NCBI GenBank assembly: GCA_002710135.1
Contig: PAOY01000035.1
Location: forward strand, 448-64,447
DNA length: 64,000 bases
Reading direction: 5' to 3'
From: Dehalococcoidia bacterium
GTDB taxonomy: Bacteria > Chloroflexota > Dehalococcoidia > Lucifugimonadales > Lucifugimonadaceae
In this document: one piece after another, positions 1 to 10,400 of the stretch
Numbering within the stretch: the stretch's first letter is position 1
Layout: each line of letters begins with the position of its first letter
The notes under the pieces: generated by a model
What the model was told of the DNA's origin: nothing
Seen by the model: only the letters and a program-made list of their open reading frames with translations
Database searches by the model: none
Program-made: the position numbers and the translations under genes

Positions 1-385
1 CTGAATATATTCTTTTTTTCTTTTCTTCTTGATTATCTAAACCATATGTTGAGCTGCATAATATAAGTTTATTTATTTTATTTTGAAAAACTGAAGCTAG
101 ATGCATAGCTGTTCTTCCTCCAAGTGAATACCCTAATACGTTGACCATTTGTAAATTAAGCTTTTCTATGATTTCTTTAATGGAATTTATAGAATTTTCA
201 AATGAATATTCTGACTCTTTGTAGGACATTGATTCGCCATGACCAACCAGATCTATTCTTATAATCTTAAAATATTGTTGTAAGTATTTAGACAGAATAT
301 CAAAAGATTTATTTGATCCAGTAAAACCATGAATTAGTAATAAAGGTAAACCTTTTCCTTCTAGGTTATAGTACAAATTACTCAT
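1..385 (-). CDS. menH: alpha/beta-hydrolase, probable SHCHC synthase MenH (N-terminal part; gene runs off the window start)
   Basis: Not in the ORF track because it is truncated. My minus-strand translation from the ATG at 385-383 reads MSNLYYNLEGKGLPLLLIHGFTGSNKSF...VLGYSLGGRTAMHLAS. It has the HGF motif and a G-x-S-x-G nucleophile elbow. The start codon abuts the menD stop (386-388), giving the order menF-menD-menH. Confidence 0.6.
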   Translation of the reverse strand, partial: MSNLYYNLEGKGLPLLLIHGFTGSNKSFDILSKYLQQYFKIIRIDLVGHGESMSYKESEYSFENSINSIKEIIEKLNLQMVNVLGYSLGGRTAMHLASVFQNKINKLILCSSTYGLDNQEEKKKRIYS

Positions 386-2074
386 CTAATTTATATCATC
401 TATTACTTTTTGAATTAGGGAGTTATAGGTTAAGTAGTCTTTTTTATTAAAATTCATTTCTACAACATTTAGGTTATTTGTAAAATTACTAGATATTATT
501 TTTTTTAGTTCATCTTCATTTTTTGGATTAAAATAATCGATACTTAAGCTTTTACATAAATCTTTGATATTTAGGTTTTGATGAGGTGTTATAAACCAAT
601 CTTCATATATTTCACTAAGATCTTTTGATTGAGGTAATAAGTTAAAAATTTGTCCTCCCTCATTATTATTTAGAAATATAGTTAAATTTTTTGAATTTCT
701 CTTTGCAGTTATTAATCCTCCAATATCATGAGTAAATGCTAAATCTCCCAAATCAAGAAAAACATTTTTATCAGTCATACTACTTACACCTGATGCAATT
801 GATATATTGCCATCAATTCCTGATAAACCCCTATTCCCTAAAAAAGTAATATTACTGCTTTTATTTAGGATGATGTCTAAAATTCTTATAGGTAAAGAGT
901 TCCCAGAAATATAAAATGAGTTATCCGGAACGTTGTTTAGTATAATTTTTTTAAAATTTACTTCTTTAAGTTTATAAAAATTTTCATGTAAGCTTTTTCT
1001 AGCTTTTTCATCTATTTTTGAGAAATTATTTTTCCAATTATTATCCTTCCTGTTAAAAAGATTTTTATGATTATCTAATTCAAAAATTAAAGAATCTAAA
1101 TTATGTAATTGTAAATCTATATTATAAAATCCATGAGATATTCTATTTGATGGATCAATAAAAATATGATTTTTTGAATTTTCTAATTTTTTTGAAATAA
1201 ATTTAGAAACTGGAAGAGAACCTATATGTATAATAGTTTCTGGTAATAAGTTTTGACTTTCACTTCTGTATAAGATGTCTCCAGTGTCGATGATAGTATT
1301 TTCATAATAATTTTTTGAGTTTCTTAAATTAGATAATGGGTCTGCAATAATTGGCCAATTAATCATTCTTGAAAGTTCTAGGATTTTACTATTTTGATAA
1401 TTGTGAGAACCAACAAGAATTATTCCCTTTTTATTTTTTACCAGATTTATAAAATTAGTGATTTTATCTTGTGATAGAATCATTTCCTTTTCGGATGTAA
1501 TTTTTTTGAATTCATTCAGTTCTATTTTTTTGATTTCTTTTTCTTCTTCATCAGATGTGAAAGGTTCTTCAAACTGCCAATTAATGTGAACAGGACCTTG
1601 AGGAGAATTTTCTGAGTTATAAATAGCTTTATATGCAATATTCGAAATAAAATTAGTTTTATCAGTTATCGGTATGTCAAAAAACCAATTAATATTATTT
1701 TTATAAATATTGTTTTGGTTTAAGGTTTGATTTGCTCCCGTTTCTCTATAGTCCATAGGTCTATCTGAGGTAATTATAATCAGAGGAACTTGAGAATAGT
1801 AAGATTCAGCTATGGCAGGACTATAATTTAGTGTTGCTGTACCTGATGTGCAAATTAATACCGTAGGTCTTTTCGATACTTTAGATTTTCCTAGTGCGAA
1901 AAAAGCAGCTGATCTTTCATCTAGCACTAAATCTAAGTTAAAAAAATCTTTATATTTTAGAAAATTATTAACTAATGGAGTTGATCTAGATCCAGGACTA
2001 ATAACAATATCTCTTATTGAATATTTTACTAATTGTTCTATAAAAATATTTATTTGTTTATTATGGATAATCAT
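386..2074 (-). CDS. menD: 2-succinyl-5-enolpyruvyl-6-hydroxy-3-cyclohexene-1-carboxylate (SEPHCHC) synthase, ThDP-dependent
   Basis: 562 aa. ThDP-enzyme motifs GSRSTPL, ICTSGTATLN, GNRGLSGIDG and LGDLAFTHD. Lies between an isochorismate synthase and a MenH-like hydrolase. Confidence 0.85.
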   Translation of the reverse strand: MIIHNKQINIFIEQLVKYSIRDIVISPGSRSTPLVNNFLKYKDFFNLDLVLDERSAAFFALGKSKVSKRPTVLICTSGTATLNYSPAIAESYYSQVPLIIITSDRPMDYRETGANQTLNQNNIYKNNINWFFDIPITDKTNFISNIAYKAIYNSENSPQGPVHINWQFEEPFTSDEEEKEIKKIELNEFKKITSEKEMILSQDKITNFINLVKNKKGIILVGSHNYQNSKILELSRMINWPIIADPLSNLRNSKNYYENTIIDTGDILYRSESQNLLPETIIHIGSLPVSKFISKKLENSKNHIFIDPSNRISHGFYNIDLQLHNLDSLIFELDNHKNLFNRKDNNWKNNFSKIDEKARKSLHENFYKLKEVNFKKIILNNVPDNSFYISGNSLPIRILDIILNKSSNITFLGNRGLSGIDGNISIASGVSSMTDKNVFLDLGDLAFTHDIGGLITAKRNSKNLTIFLNNNEGGQIFNLLPQSKDLSEIYEDWFITPHQNLNIKDLCKSLSIDYFNPKNEDELKKIISSNFTNNLNVVEMNFNKKDYLTYNSLIQKVIDDIN

Positions 2075-3271
2075 TTATTCTTCTAGAATAGATTTGTTTA
2101 TTGCATCAAATTTTGAGTTCAATTCCTCTATTTCATATTTTACTTTTGAATTTTCAATAATTCCGTTTCCAGCAAAAGAAATTAATTCTTTATACTTACT
2201 ACTATACTTAGCGCATCTTAATCCTGCAAAAAAGTATGAAGAATCATTTTCAACATAACCTATTGATCCTGTGTATAAACCTCTATCAAAAGGCTCATTA
2301 TTCTTTATCCATTCTTTAGCTTGTTCTACCGGAAATCCTGCTAGCGCAGGAGATGGATGTAGGTGATCAATAAATTCAAAGAAATTATTATCTTCGATAT
2401 TAGTTTCTAGCTCTATCAAAAGATGATTTATATTTCTTAGAGATTTAATTTTTAGCTTTGATTTGTTTATCTTATTTTTTGAAAGTTTTCCAAGTTCTTC
2501 TTCTAAAAACTCAACTACAATCTTATGTTCCTCTATTAGAGTTGTGTTGTTGAAATTCTTTTCTATTTCGTCCTTATTTTGTCCATAATTTGGAATAGAA
2601 CCAGCAAGTGCATCTGTGGTAAGTTTTTTATTTTTATATTCAAATACTTTTTCAGGAGTAGACCCAAAGAAATAATCATTTTTGTTTTGATAAAGAAATG
2701 TTATGCAGTCAGGATATTCTTTGGTCATATTCATCAATGTTTGTTTTATATTTATTTCTATATTTTTATATTTTTTGGAATCTCCAACAACTATTTTTTC
2801 AAGTTTGCTTTTAGAAATATCATTTTTTGCTTTTTGAACTAAATTAACCCATTTTTCACTTTCATTTTGATTTTTGTTTATAAAATTTTTTTTCTTATAA
2901 TCAGATCTAGAGGATTTATTAAATATTTTTTCATATAGTGTTTTATCTAAACCAAATTCTTTGACTTTTTCATTTTCAAAAATGATTGTATAAGATGGGA
3001 AGAAATATTCTGTAATAGGAAAATCTTTCCAAATAGATCCTTTGGTACTAGTAGTAGAAGTATCAAAAGAAATACTTGCAAATACTATTTTTTTTTGTTC
3101 TAGAGTCCTTAAAACTTCAGTTTTAAATTTATCTTGATTATTAAAATCTTCAAGTTTGATAGTTTTATATTTACCAAAAGAAGCCACTATTTTGTTCTCA
3201 GATGGAGAAATTAATAAACGATTAGGTTGGTTATCTAATATAGAGGATAATAAGTGAAAATAATTTTGCAT
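2075..3271 (-). CDS. menF: isochorismate synthase (chorismate-binding enzyme family)
   Basis: 398 aa. C-terminal chorismate-binding motifs HPSPALAGFP, DRGLYTGSIGY and GLRCA. Immediately upstream of menD with no spacer. Confidence 0.75.
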   Translation of the reverse strand: MQNYFHLLSSILDNQPNRLLISPSENKIVASFGKYKTIKLEDFNNQDKFKTEVLRTLEQKKIVFASISFDTSTTSTKGSIWKDFPITEYFFPSYTIIFENEKVKEFGLDKTLYEKIFNKSSRSDYKKKNFINKNQNESEKWVNLVQKAKNDISKSKLEKIVVGDSKKYKNIEINIKQTLMNMTKEYPDCITFLYQNKNDYFFGSTPEKVFEYKNKKLTTDALAGSIPNYGQNKDEIEKNFNNTTLIEEHKIVVEFLEEELGKLSKNKINKSKLKIKSLRNINHLLIELETNIEDNNFFEFIDHLHPSPALAGFPVEQAKEWIKNNEPFDRGLYTGSIGYVENDSSYFFAGLRCAKYSSKYKELISFAGNGIIENSKVKYEIEELNSKFDAINKSILEE

Positions 3272-3312
3272 ATTTTTTGAATCAAATAATTATTAGATTC
3301 ATTTCTATTATA

Positions 3313-4986
3313 CTATCTTCCAAATTGATTTGTAATATTTTCATAATCTAATTTTATTACTGCTGGTCTACCATGAGGATCCCATGGACTTTCAGTTTTT
3401 TCTAAGTCATTTATTAGTTTATTACATTCTTCTTTTGTCAATGAATCTCCTGCTCTGACAGCACTATGACATGCAAGTCTTTTTGAAATTATATCTTTAG
3501 GAGTATCGGTATTATTTTTTCCAATATCTTTTGAAATTAGATCTAACAAATAACTAATATCTGCTGATTTAGTTTTATAGATTCCTAAAAAGGGTACATT
3601 TCTTACAATAATTTGCCCAGTTGCTGATTCTTCTAAATCCCATCCTAAATCCTTAAATTTATCTAGATTTTCTATAATTTTAGAGTTCATTATAGTCCCT
3701 AAATCTATATATTTTTTTATACTCAACATTTGAAATTCCTTAGAAAACTTTTCTTCTCTATACTTTTCAAAGAGAATTCTTTCATGAGCCGCATGTTGAT
3801 CAATGATATAGATTCCATCTGGGCCCTCACATATGAGGAATGTATTCCTTATTTGTCCTATAAATCTTAATATAGGGAGACTTTCTTTTAGAGGATAATT
3901 TTTATTATTATCAAATAAATTTTCTTGTAAAAATTCATTATTCTCATAGATAGATAATTCTTTATTATTTTCGGAAAAAATCAATGAATTTGCTGGTATT
4001 TCTTGATTTAATGACTTTGAAATTGAATTATATATAAATGATAAGACTTCATTCTCATCAGAAAACTTAACTTCATGCTTTTGAGGATGAATATTTACGT
4101 CAACTAGATCGTAAGGGATGTGTATGTTTATTGATATTATGGGGAACTTTTTATGCTGAATAAATGGTCTATATGCATTTTCTATAGTGTATAAAATCTT
4201 GGAGTTATTTATAAGTCTGTTATTAACAAATATATTCATTCTTGACCTGTTGCCAAAATTTTTTTGAGGTTTAGATATGAACCCTGTAAGACCAAGTTTT
4301 TCTCTTTGTTCATTGATTGCAATTACATCATTCTTTGAAATTTTATAAAAGTTAGAAATCAAGAAAAATAAATCATCATCTCCACTGGTATTAATCTTAC
4401 TTTTTTTATCAATAATTAGTTCAAATGAAATTGAAGGATATGATTGAGATATTCCGTTTATAAAATTATTTATTTTTGATGCTTCAGATCTACTAGAGGA
4501 TAGAAATTTTAATCTTGCAGGAGTATTAGAAAAAATATCTTTTATAACTATTTTAGTACCATAATTAGAAGAAGTTTTGGTATTTTTTATAATTTCGCCG
4601 TGGCTAATTTGTATTTCCTGAGCAAAATCGTTTGTTCTTACTCTAGATGTGCAAATTATATTTGATATAGATGCAATTGAAGATAAAGCTTCTCCTCTAA
4701 AACCTAATGTATCTATGGAATATATTTCTTTTTTATTTTTTATTTTTGAGGTGGCATGTCTTTCAAAAGCCAATTCTATCTCATTAGGAAAAATCCCCTC
4801 TCCATCATCAGTTATTGATATATATTTTTTACCTCCATCTTCGATTTCAATTATTATTTTTTTTGAATTAGCATCTATGGAATTTTCAATTAATTCCTTA
4901 ATAATTGATAAAGGATTTTCAATAACTTCACCTGCTGCAATCAGTAATGAAATTTCTTTAGGTAATCTATTTATTTTTTTATTCAT
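3313..4986 (-). CDS. mutL: DNA mismatch repair protein MutL
   Basis: 557 aa. N-terminal GHKL ATPase motifs IAAGEVIENPLSIIKELIENSIDA, DDGEGI and GFRGEAL. C-terminal motifs ACHSAVRAGD and PHGRP. Confidence 0.95.
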   Translation of the reverse strand: MNKKINRLPKEISLLIAAGEVIENPLSIIKELIENSIDANSKKIIIEIEDGGKKYISITDDGEGIFPNEIELAFERHATSKIKNKKEIYSIDTLGFRGEALSSIASISNIICTSRVRTNDFAQEIQISHGEIIKNTKTSSNYGTKIVIKDIFSNTPARLKFLSSSRSEASKINNFINGISQSYPSISFELIIDKKSKINTSGDDDLFFLISNFYKISKNDVIAINEQREKLGLTGFISKPQKNFGNRSRMNIFVNNRLINNSKILYTIENAYRPFIQHKKFPIISINIHIPYDLVDVNIHPQKHEVKFSDENEVLSFIYNSISKSLNQEIPANSLIFSENNKELSIYENNEFLQENLFDNNKNYPLKESLPILRFIGQIRNTFLICEGPDGIYIIDQHAAHERILFEKYREEKFSKEFQMLSIKKYIDLGTIMNSKIIENLDKFKDLGWDLEESATGQIIVRNVPFLGIYKTKSADISYLLDLISKDIGKNNTDTPKDIISKRLACHSAVRAGDSLTKEECNKLINDLEKTESPWDPHGRPAVIKLDYENITNQFGR

Positions 4987-6198
4987 TTAAATTTTAGTAA
5001 GACTTTTAGCCCAATAAATACTTGATATAGAAAATAATAGAGTAATAATTGCTGTAAATAAAGTAGTGATTTCTGCTCCAAAATATTCAAAAGCCCATCC
5101 CATAGGTAGCATACTAATTGGCATCAATCCCCAAGACATCATTAATAAACTTATTACTCTGGCACGATACTCTTCACCTGCATTTTCCATCATTAATGCT
5201 TGCCCTAAACTCCATCTTCCAGTTTCTGAAAAACCAACAATTATCATTGCAATAATTCCAACTATGAAGAAGCTTAAAGTTGATGCCATCAATAAACCTA
5301 TCCCTGTAATAATTCCGATAATTATTAAGATCCAGCCTCGTTTTGACTCAGAACTTAATGATGCGATTAGTATTGAGGATAATATACCTCCAATACCTCC
5401 TGCTGCCATTAGGTTACCTACATCACCAGGAGACGAAAGATAAACATCTTTTGCAAATACAGGTATAAGCATTCTAAATGGTCCTGTACACATTGCTAAA
5501 ATTACAGCATGAATCCATATTAGCCGAATTAATTTATTTGTTCTTAAGTACTTAAATCCATTTATTATTTCTTGAATAGTTGATGTGTTTTTATTAGATA
5601 ATTTTGGAGGAAAATTAGGTACAAAACCCATAAATAATACTCCAACAGTCATCAAGATAGAAACTATTACATAAGAATTTAAAGGTCCAAAAAATTCATA
5701 AGTATAGCCTCCTATAGCCGGAGCAATCATAGTGGTTACACCCATTTGCATTGCATTTAATCCTATTGCATTGGTCAATAGTTTTTTCCCGACTAAATCT
5801 GGAATCAATGATTGCCTAGCAGGAACTTGAATAGCAAACATTGCTCCTTGAGTTACAGATACAAGGAGTAAATGACTCCAATGTAACATATTTAGATATA
5901 TTAGTATTCCAACAATTATACTTTGGATTACATTAACACTCTGAGCGAATTGAATTAGCCTTTTTTTATTTACTTTTTCGCCCAGCACTCCCCCAAACAT
6001 TGAAAAAAGTAACAAAGAAGGAGCAAATCCTGCTGATACAACGCCCGTTATAAACGCATCAGAAGTAATATCATAAACTAAAATACCTCTGACTGTCATT
6101 TGTATCTGAAAACCGGCCATTGAAAAACCTAAACTTAGCCAGACGTAAAGAAAATTTCTGTTTCCTAGGCTCTTGAAAATATTTTTAGAGTTTTTCAA
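4987..6198 (-). CDS. MFS-type transporter, substrate unknown
   Basis: 403 aa, hydrophobic throughout, about 12 predicted TM segments by eye. Short basic loops typical of MFS. Its stop abuts the mutL start. Confidence 0.65.
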   Translation of the reverse strand: MKNSKNIFKSLGNRNFLYVWLSLGFSMAGFQIQMTVRGILVYDITSDAFITGVVSAGFAPSLLLFSMFGGVLGEKVNKKRLIQFAQSVNVIQSIIVGILIYLNMLHWSHLLLVSVTQGAMFAIQVPARQSLIPDLVGKKLLTNAIGLNAMQMGVTTMIAPAIGGYTYEFFGPLNSYVIVSILMTVGVLFMGFVPNFPPKLSNKNTSTIQEIINGFKYLRTNKLIRLIWIHAVILAMCTGPFRMLIPVFAKDVYLSSPGDVGNLMAAGGIGGILSSILIASLSSESKRGWILIIIGIITGIGLLMASTLSFFIVGIIAMIIVGFSETGRWSLGQALMMENAGEEYRARVISLLMMSWGLMPISMLPMGWAFEYFGAEITTLFTAIITLLFSISSIYWAKSLTKI

Positions 6199-6202
6199 AT
6201 TG

Positions 6203-6937
6203 TTATTTCTCTAACTTTTGCAACAAATCTTCTAGTTCTTTTACTTTTATATAATCTTCATTAAGTAGACTGTATGCCCTACTTATATATGCAGTTATAA
6301 TATCTTCAGAATTAGGATTACTTAAGTCAACATATTCAAGTAGTTTATATATTTTTCTATTTTCAGGAATAATTGTGCTTATTATTTTAATTTCTCTTTT
6401 TAATTCATCTATCTCATTAATCTCATTATTATCTTTGGAAAAATTGATTTTTCCAATAAGTTTAGTTATTTCAGCTAAAAGATCAGATTCATCCATATCT
6501 TTATACTTATGATTATCGATTTCTTTTTTGTCTATTGGGATGTCACTAATTAACTTATCAAGATCATCAAAATTTTTCGAACTAGTTAAATCTGTATATT
6601 CATTAGCTAAAGAATTAAGTTTTGACATTGATGAAGTTACATCACTTGAATTAATACTTCCTCCATAAATTAGGTCATCTTCTCTTTTTTTTGCTAAAGA
6701 GTACAAATTTTCGTAATTTCCCACAAATTTTTCAGGAATGGGAGGGAAAATCATTTTTGTCATTTCTTCGTCAGGAATTTGATCCTTAAACATTTCAGGT
6801 ATATATTTAGTCAAATCTCCTGATATTGGGAAATCCATAACATAAGATGCATATAATTCATCATATTCTTCAAAATAAATAATGGCATGGCCTTTGGGAC
6901 TATTTTCATTGCCATATTTAAAATCTAAGTTAGACAT
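6203..6937 (-). CDS. hypothetical acidic protein (no family recognised)
   Basis: A 244-aa uninterrupted ORF that fills the gap exactly, 4 nt upstream of the MFS gene. Rich in D/E/K/N. No motif I can name. Confidence 0.55.
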   Translation of the reverse strand: MSNLDFKYGNENSPKGHAIIYFEEYDELYASYVMDFPISGDLTKYIPEMFKDQIPDEEMTKMIFPPIPEKFVGNYENLYSLAKKREDDLIYGGSINSSDVTSSMSKLNSLANEYTDLTSSKNFDDLDKLISDIPIDKKEIDNHKYKDMDESDLLAEITKLIGKINFSKDNNEINEIDELKREIKIISTIIPENRKIYKLLEYVDLSNPNSEDIITAYISRAYSLLNEDYIKVKELEDLLQKLEK

Positions 6938-6995
6938 ATAATATTTTTTCCTTGTTTTAAAAGTTATTAATACTAAAATAAATGTAGGAGTAAAA

Positions 6996-8018
6996 ATGCT
7001 TTACAAAATACTAGTATTACCAATTCTACAACTTATTAACCCAGAGTTCTCTCATTTAATAGCTGAAAAATTTTTTCAATTACATTTTTACAAAGTTTTT
7101 AATCTTTTTTTGTTTAGAAAAAAGTCCAATGAAATCCAAACTAATGTATTAGGCTTAGAGCTTAATTCTCCCATAGGGTTAGCTGCAGGGTATGATAAAA
7201 ATTGCAGAATATTATACCCTTTATTATCATTAAATTTCGGATTTGTTACGGGGGGAACAATTACATTGCAAGAAAGATTTGGAAACCCTAAGCCTAGACT
7301 TTTTCATATTCCAAAAGAAAAATCTTTAATTAATTCATTAGGCTTCCCAAGTCTAGGGCTTGAAAAAATAATTAAGAACTTGAGATCTGAAGCAGATCAA
7401 AGAATATTTTTATCAGTTTCTGGTATTAAACATGATGAGATAATTTCATGTATAAAATCATTAGAAAATAAAACTAGAGTTTTTGAAATAAATATTTCTA
7501 GTCCAAATACCGAAGGATTAAGATTATTTCATGATCCGAAAGAGTTATCTAAACTTATAAAAGAAATTAAAATTGTTACAAATAACAAAATTTTAGTAAA
7601 ACTACCTCCATGGTTAGAATCAGAAAATAATGATCTTTTAAACTTAGGTAAAACTGCGATTGATTCAGGAGCTGATGGATTAGTAGTTGCAAACAGTTTA
7701 CCTATAGATGATGAAAAATTAGCAGTTGGAAAAGGTGGTAAATCAGGAAAAATATTAACCAAAAATACTTTTAGAATGGTTTCAGAAGCCAGATCAGTTT
7801 TAGGACCAGATCCTATTATAGTAGCATGTGGAGGTATTTTTGAAGCAAAGGATGTATGGAATGCTTTAGCTTCAGGTGCAGATTTATGTCAGGGTTATAC
7901 AGGATTTATATACGAAGGTTTATCATACGCTCACAATATAAATAAAGAATTAAAAAAAATTATGGATGATAAAAAAATCAGATCTACAGAGGAGATTAAA
8001 GGGGAACCTTTATTATGA
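6996..8018 (+). CDS. pyrD: dihydroorotate dehydrogenase, class 2 (quinone-dependent) type
   Basis: 340 aa. Hydrophobic N-terminal extension, NSPIGLAAGYDKN, catalytic-Ser motif EINISSPNTEGLR and a GGI motif near the C-terminus. Confidence 0.85.
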   Translation: MLYKILVLPILQLINPEFSHLIAEKFFQLHFYKVFNLFLFRKKSNEIQTNVLGLELNSPIGLAAGYDKNCRILYPLLSLNFGFVTGGTITLQERFGNPKPRLFHIPKEKSLINSLGFPSLGLEKIIKNLRSEADQRIFLSVSGIKHDEIISCIKSLENKTRVFEINISSPNTEGLRLFHDPKELSKLIKEIKIVTNNKILVKLPPWLESENNDLLNLGKTAIDSGADGLVVANSLPIDDEKLAVGKGGKSGKILTKNTFRMVSEARSVLGPDPIIVACGGIFEAKDVWNALASGADLCQGYTGFIYEGLSYAHNINKELKKIMDDKKIRSTEEIKGEPLL

Positions 8019-8954
8019 TTTTTTCGTCATAATTTCATCGTAAAAAGGCATAGATTCTTGAGCTCCATATCTTGTTACACTAATGGCAGACCCAATAATT
8101 GCATTTTCTATTGATTCAAATAATTCTGCTCCTGAAGCTAAAAAGGCTCCTAAAATTCCAGTGAAAGCATCTCCAGCAGCTACACTTGCTCTAACTTTTG
8201 GAACCTCGTATGGTTCGAAGTATCTTTCTTCATTTTCATTCATAAAAAAAGCCCCATTTTCACCAAGAGTAATAATACAATTTTTTATTCCTTTTGATAT
8301 GAGTAAGTTACAAGATTTTTTTGCATCATAAATACTTTTGATTTTTATTCCTGTCATATACTCAGCTTCGGTTTCATTTGGAGTGATAAAATCTGCCATT
8401 TTATAATAATCAAACTTAAGATTTTCCCTGAAAGGTGCAGGGTCTAATATTATGGGAATCTTATTTTCTCTAGCAGTTTTCATAAATTCTCTAGTAATTT
8501 GTTCATCTAGTTCGTTTTGTGTTATTAATATTTTGCTTTTATTAATAATTTTCTTAAATGAATCAACTAGGTGTAAATCTTTTTTTTCATTAGCTCCATA
8601 AACTGCATTAACATGATTTTCTCCACTATTTGTTGTAAGAATAATAGCAATTCCCGAATGTAAATTTTCATCAACAAATATATTTGAAGTAATGATTTTT
8701 TCATTTTCTAAATAATTTTTTAATTCTGATCCGTAACTATCGTTACCTATAAAGCCGAAAAAATTTATAGATTCACTATTAGATACTCTAGCTGCAGCAA
8801 CAGCTTGATTACCTCCTTTTCCTCCCGGTGCTGTATAAAACTTATCGCCTACTACAGTTTCTCCTGGGTTTGCAGGTCTATCTAAATTCATTATTAAATC
8901 CATATTTAATGCACCTAATACAGATATTGAAGAATTTTTAGTATCTAATTTCAT
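8013..8954 (-). CDS. rbsK: ribokinase / PfkB-family sugar kinase
   Basis: 313 aa. Motifs GGKGGNQAVAAAR, TPNETEAE and AAGDAFTG (anion hole and catalytic Asp). Confidence 0.8.
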   Translation of the reverse strand: MKLDTKNSSISVLGALNMDLIMNLDRPANPGETVVGDKFYTAPGGKGGNQAVAAARVSNSESINFFGFIGNDSYGSELKNYLENEKIITSNIFVDENLHSGIAIILTTNSGENHVNAVYGANEKKDLHLVDSFKKIINKSKILITQNELDEQITREFMKTARENKIPIILDPAPFRENLKFDYYKMADFITPNETEAEYMTGIKIKSIYDAKKSCNLLISKGIKNCIITLGENGAFFMNENEERYFEPYEVPKVRASVAAGDAFTGILGAFLASGAELFESIENAIIGSAISVTRYGAQESMPFYDEIMTKKS

Positions 8955-9030
8955 ACGATAAGCCTAAAAGTTTATTATCAGTTATAATAATATAAATGTT
9001 TTATATCAACAAGTAATATAATTTAAAAAT

Positions 9031-9300
9031 ATGGCTAATGTAAAAATCCCCACTCCGTTAAGATCACTAACAAATAATGAAACATCTGTTGAAATAAACG
9101 GCGATAAAATTATAAATATTATTCAAAATCTTGATCAAAAATTTCCAGGTGTTAGTGAAAGAATAATGGAAAATAATGAATTAAAGCATTTCGTCAATAT
9201 TTACATAAATGGAGAAGATATAAGATATTTAGATTCATTAGAAACCAAGGTTAATTCATCTGATGAAATTGCTATAGTTCCTGCTGTAGCTGGTGGCTAA
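9031..9300 (+). CDS. ThiS/MoaD-family ubiquitin-like small sulfur-carrier protein
   Basis: 89 aa, ending in ...IAIVPAVAGG with a C-terminal Gly-Gly. Size and beta-grasp-like pattern match MoaD/CysO-type proteins. Confidence 0.6.
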   Translation: MANVKIPTPLRSLTNNETSVEINGDKIINIIQNLDQKFPGVSERIMENNELKHFVNIYINGEDIRYLDSLETKVNSSDEIAIVPAVAGG

Positions 9301-10400
9301 ATAATTATTTGTCTTAAGGAATCTATTACTATTGATTCCTCAACATCTTGAGAAATTATTGCGTTTCCAATTGAATCTAATAAAACCCATTTCACCTTTC
9401 CATTAGAAACTTTTTTATCCATTTTAATTGCATCTAAAATATTTTTAATATCAATATTTTCTATTTTGACAGGCAAATTATAAGCCTTTAATATATTTTC
9501 TTGCCGATCTACTATTTCCTTATTTATATAACCTTTTCTCATTGAAATATTTGCAGCTGCCATCATTCCAATACTTACAGCCTCACCGTGCAAATATTGG
9601 TTATAATTACTTATTTTTTCTATAGCATGTCCCACTGTGTGACCATAGTTTAATTTAATCCTTTCATCTCCTCTTTCAAATTCATCTTCTGATACTATTT
9701 TTGCTTTAATTGCAACGGATCTTTTTAGTATTTCAGCTGAATAGTCATTGTTTAGTTTATAAATTTTTTCGTGATTTTTTTCAAACTCAAGAAAAAGTTC
9801 TAAATCTTGAATTAGAGAATGCTTAATTGCTTCTGCCCATCCACTAGTTTTTTCTCTATCAGGTAGAGATCCTAAGAAGTCTAAGTCTTCAAAAACAAGC
9901 TTTGGTTGATAAAAAGAACCTACAAGATTTTTTCCTTCTGGTAAATTATAAGCTACTTTTCCTCCTATAGCCGCATCTGTCATCGAAGCAAGTGTTGTTG
10001 GAATTTGTATAAATGGAATCCCTCTAAGATAAGTAGAAGCTGCAAATCCTATGATATCTCCAGCTACCCCTCCTCCCATTGAAATTATAAAGTCTTTTCT
10101 TTCTGCTTTCATATCAGCCAACCAGTTATATATTTTTGAAACAGTTGAATGTGTTTTTAGTTCTTCAGAAAATTCCATTGATAATGAATTTGTTATAAAT
10201 CCTTGAGATTCTAATGACTCATGTAAGCTTTTTGTTTGTTTAGGAAACATAGATTTATCAGCTATCAGGAAGCATCTTTTGTTATTTAGGTTAGCTTTAT
10301 CAAGTTCTGTACCTAGTTCTCCAAGTATAGATTTCCCTACAATTACTCTATAATCTCCTTGAGATGTATTTATAGTTGATGCTAAGTATTTATTTCCCAT
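9297..10400 (-). CDS. aroB: 3-dehydroquinate synthase
   Basis: 367 aa. Motifs GGGVAGDIIGFAASTYLRGIPFIQIPTTL and NYGHTVGHAIE. Follows aroK. Confidence 0.9.
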   Translation of the reverse strand: MGNKYLASTINTSQGDYRVIVGKSILGELGTELDKANLNNKRCFLIADKSMFPKQTKSLHESLESQGFITNSLSMEFSEELKTHSTVSKIYNWLADMKAERKDFIISMGGGVAGDIIGFAASTYLRGIPFIQIPTTLASMTDAAIGGKVAYNLPEGKNLVGSFYQPKLVFEDLDFLGSLPDREKTSGWAEAIKHSLIQDLELFLEFEKNHEKIYKLNNDYSAEILKRSVAIKAKIVSEDEFERGDERIKLNYGHTVGHAIEKISNYNQYLHGEAVSIGMMAAANISMRKGYINKEIVDRQENILKAYNLPVKIENIDIKNILDAIKMDKKVSNGKVKWVLLDSIGNAIISQDVEESIVIDSLRQIII

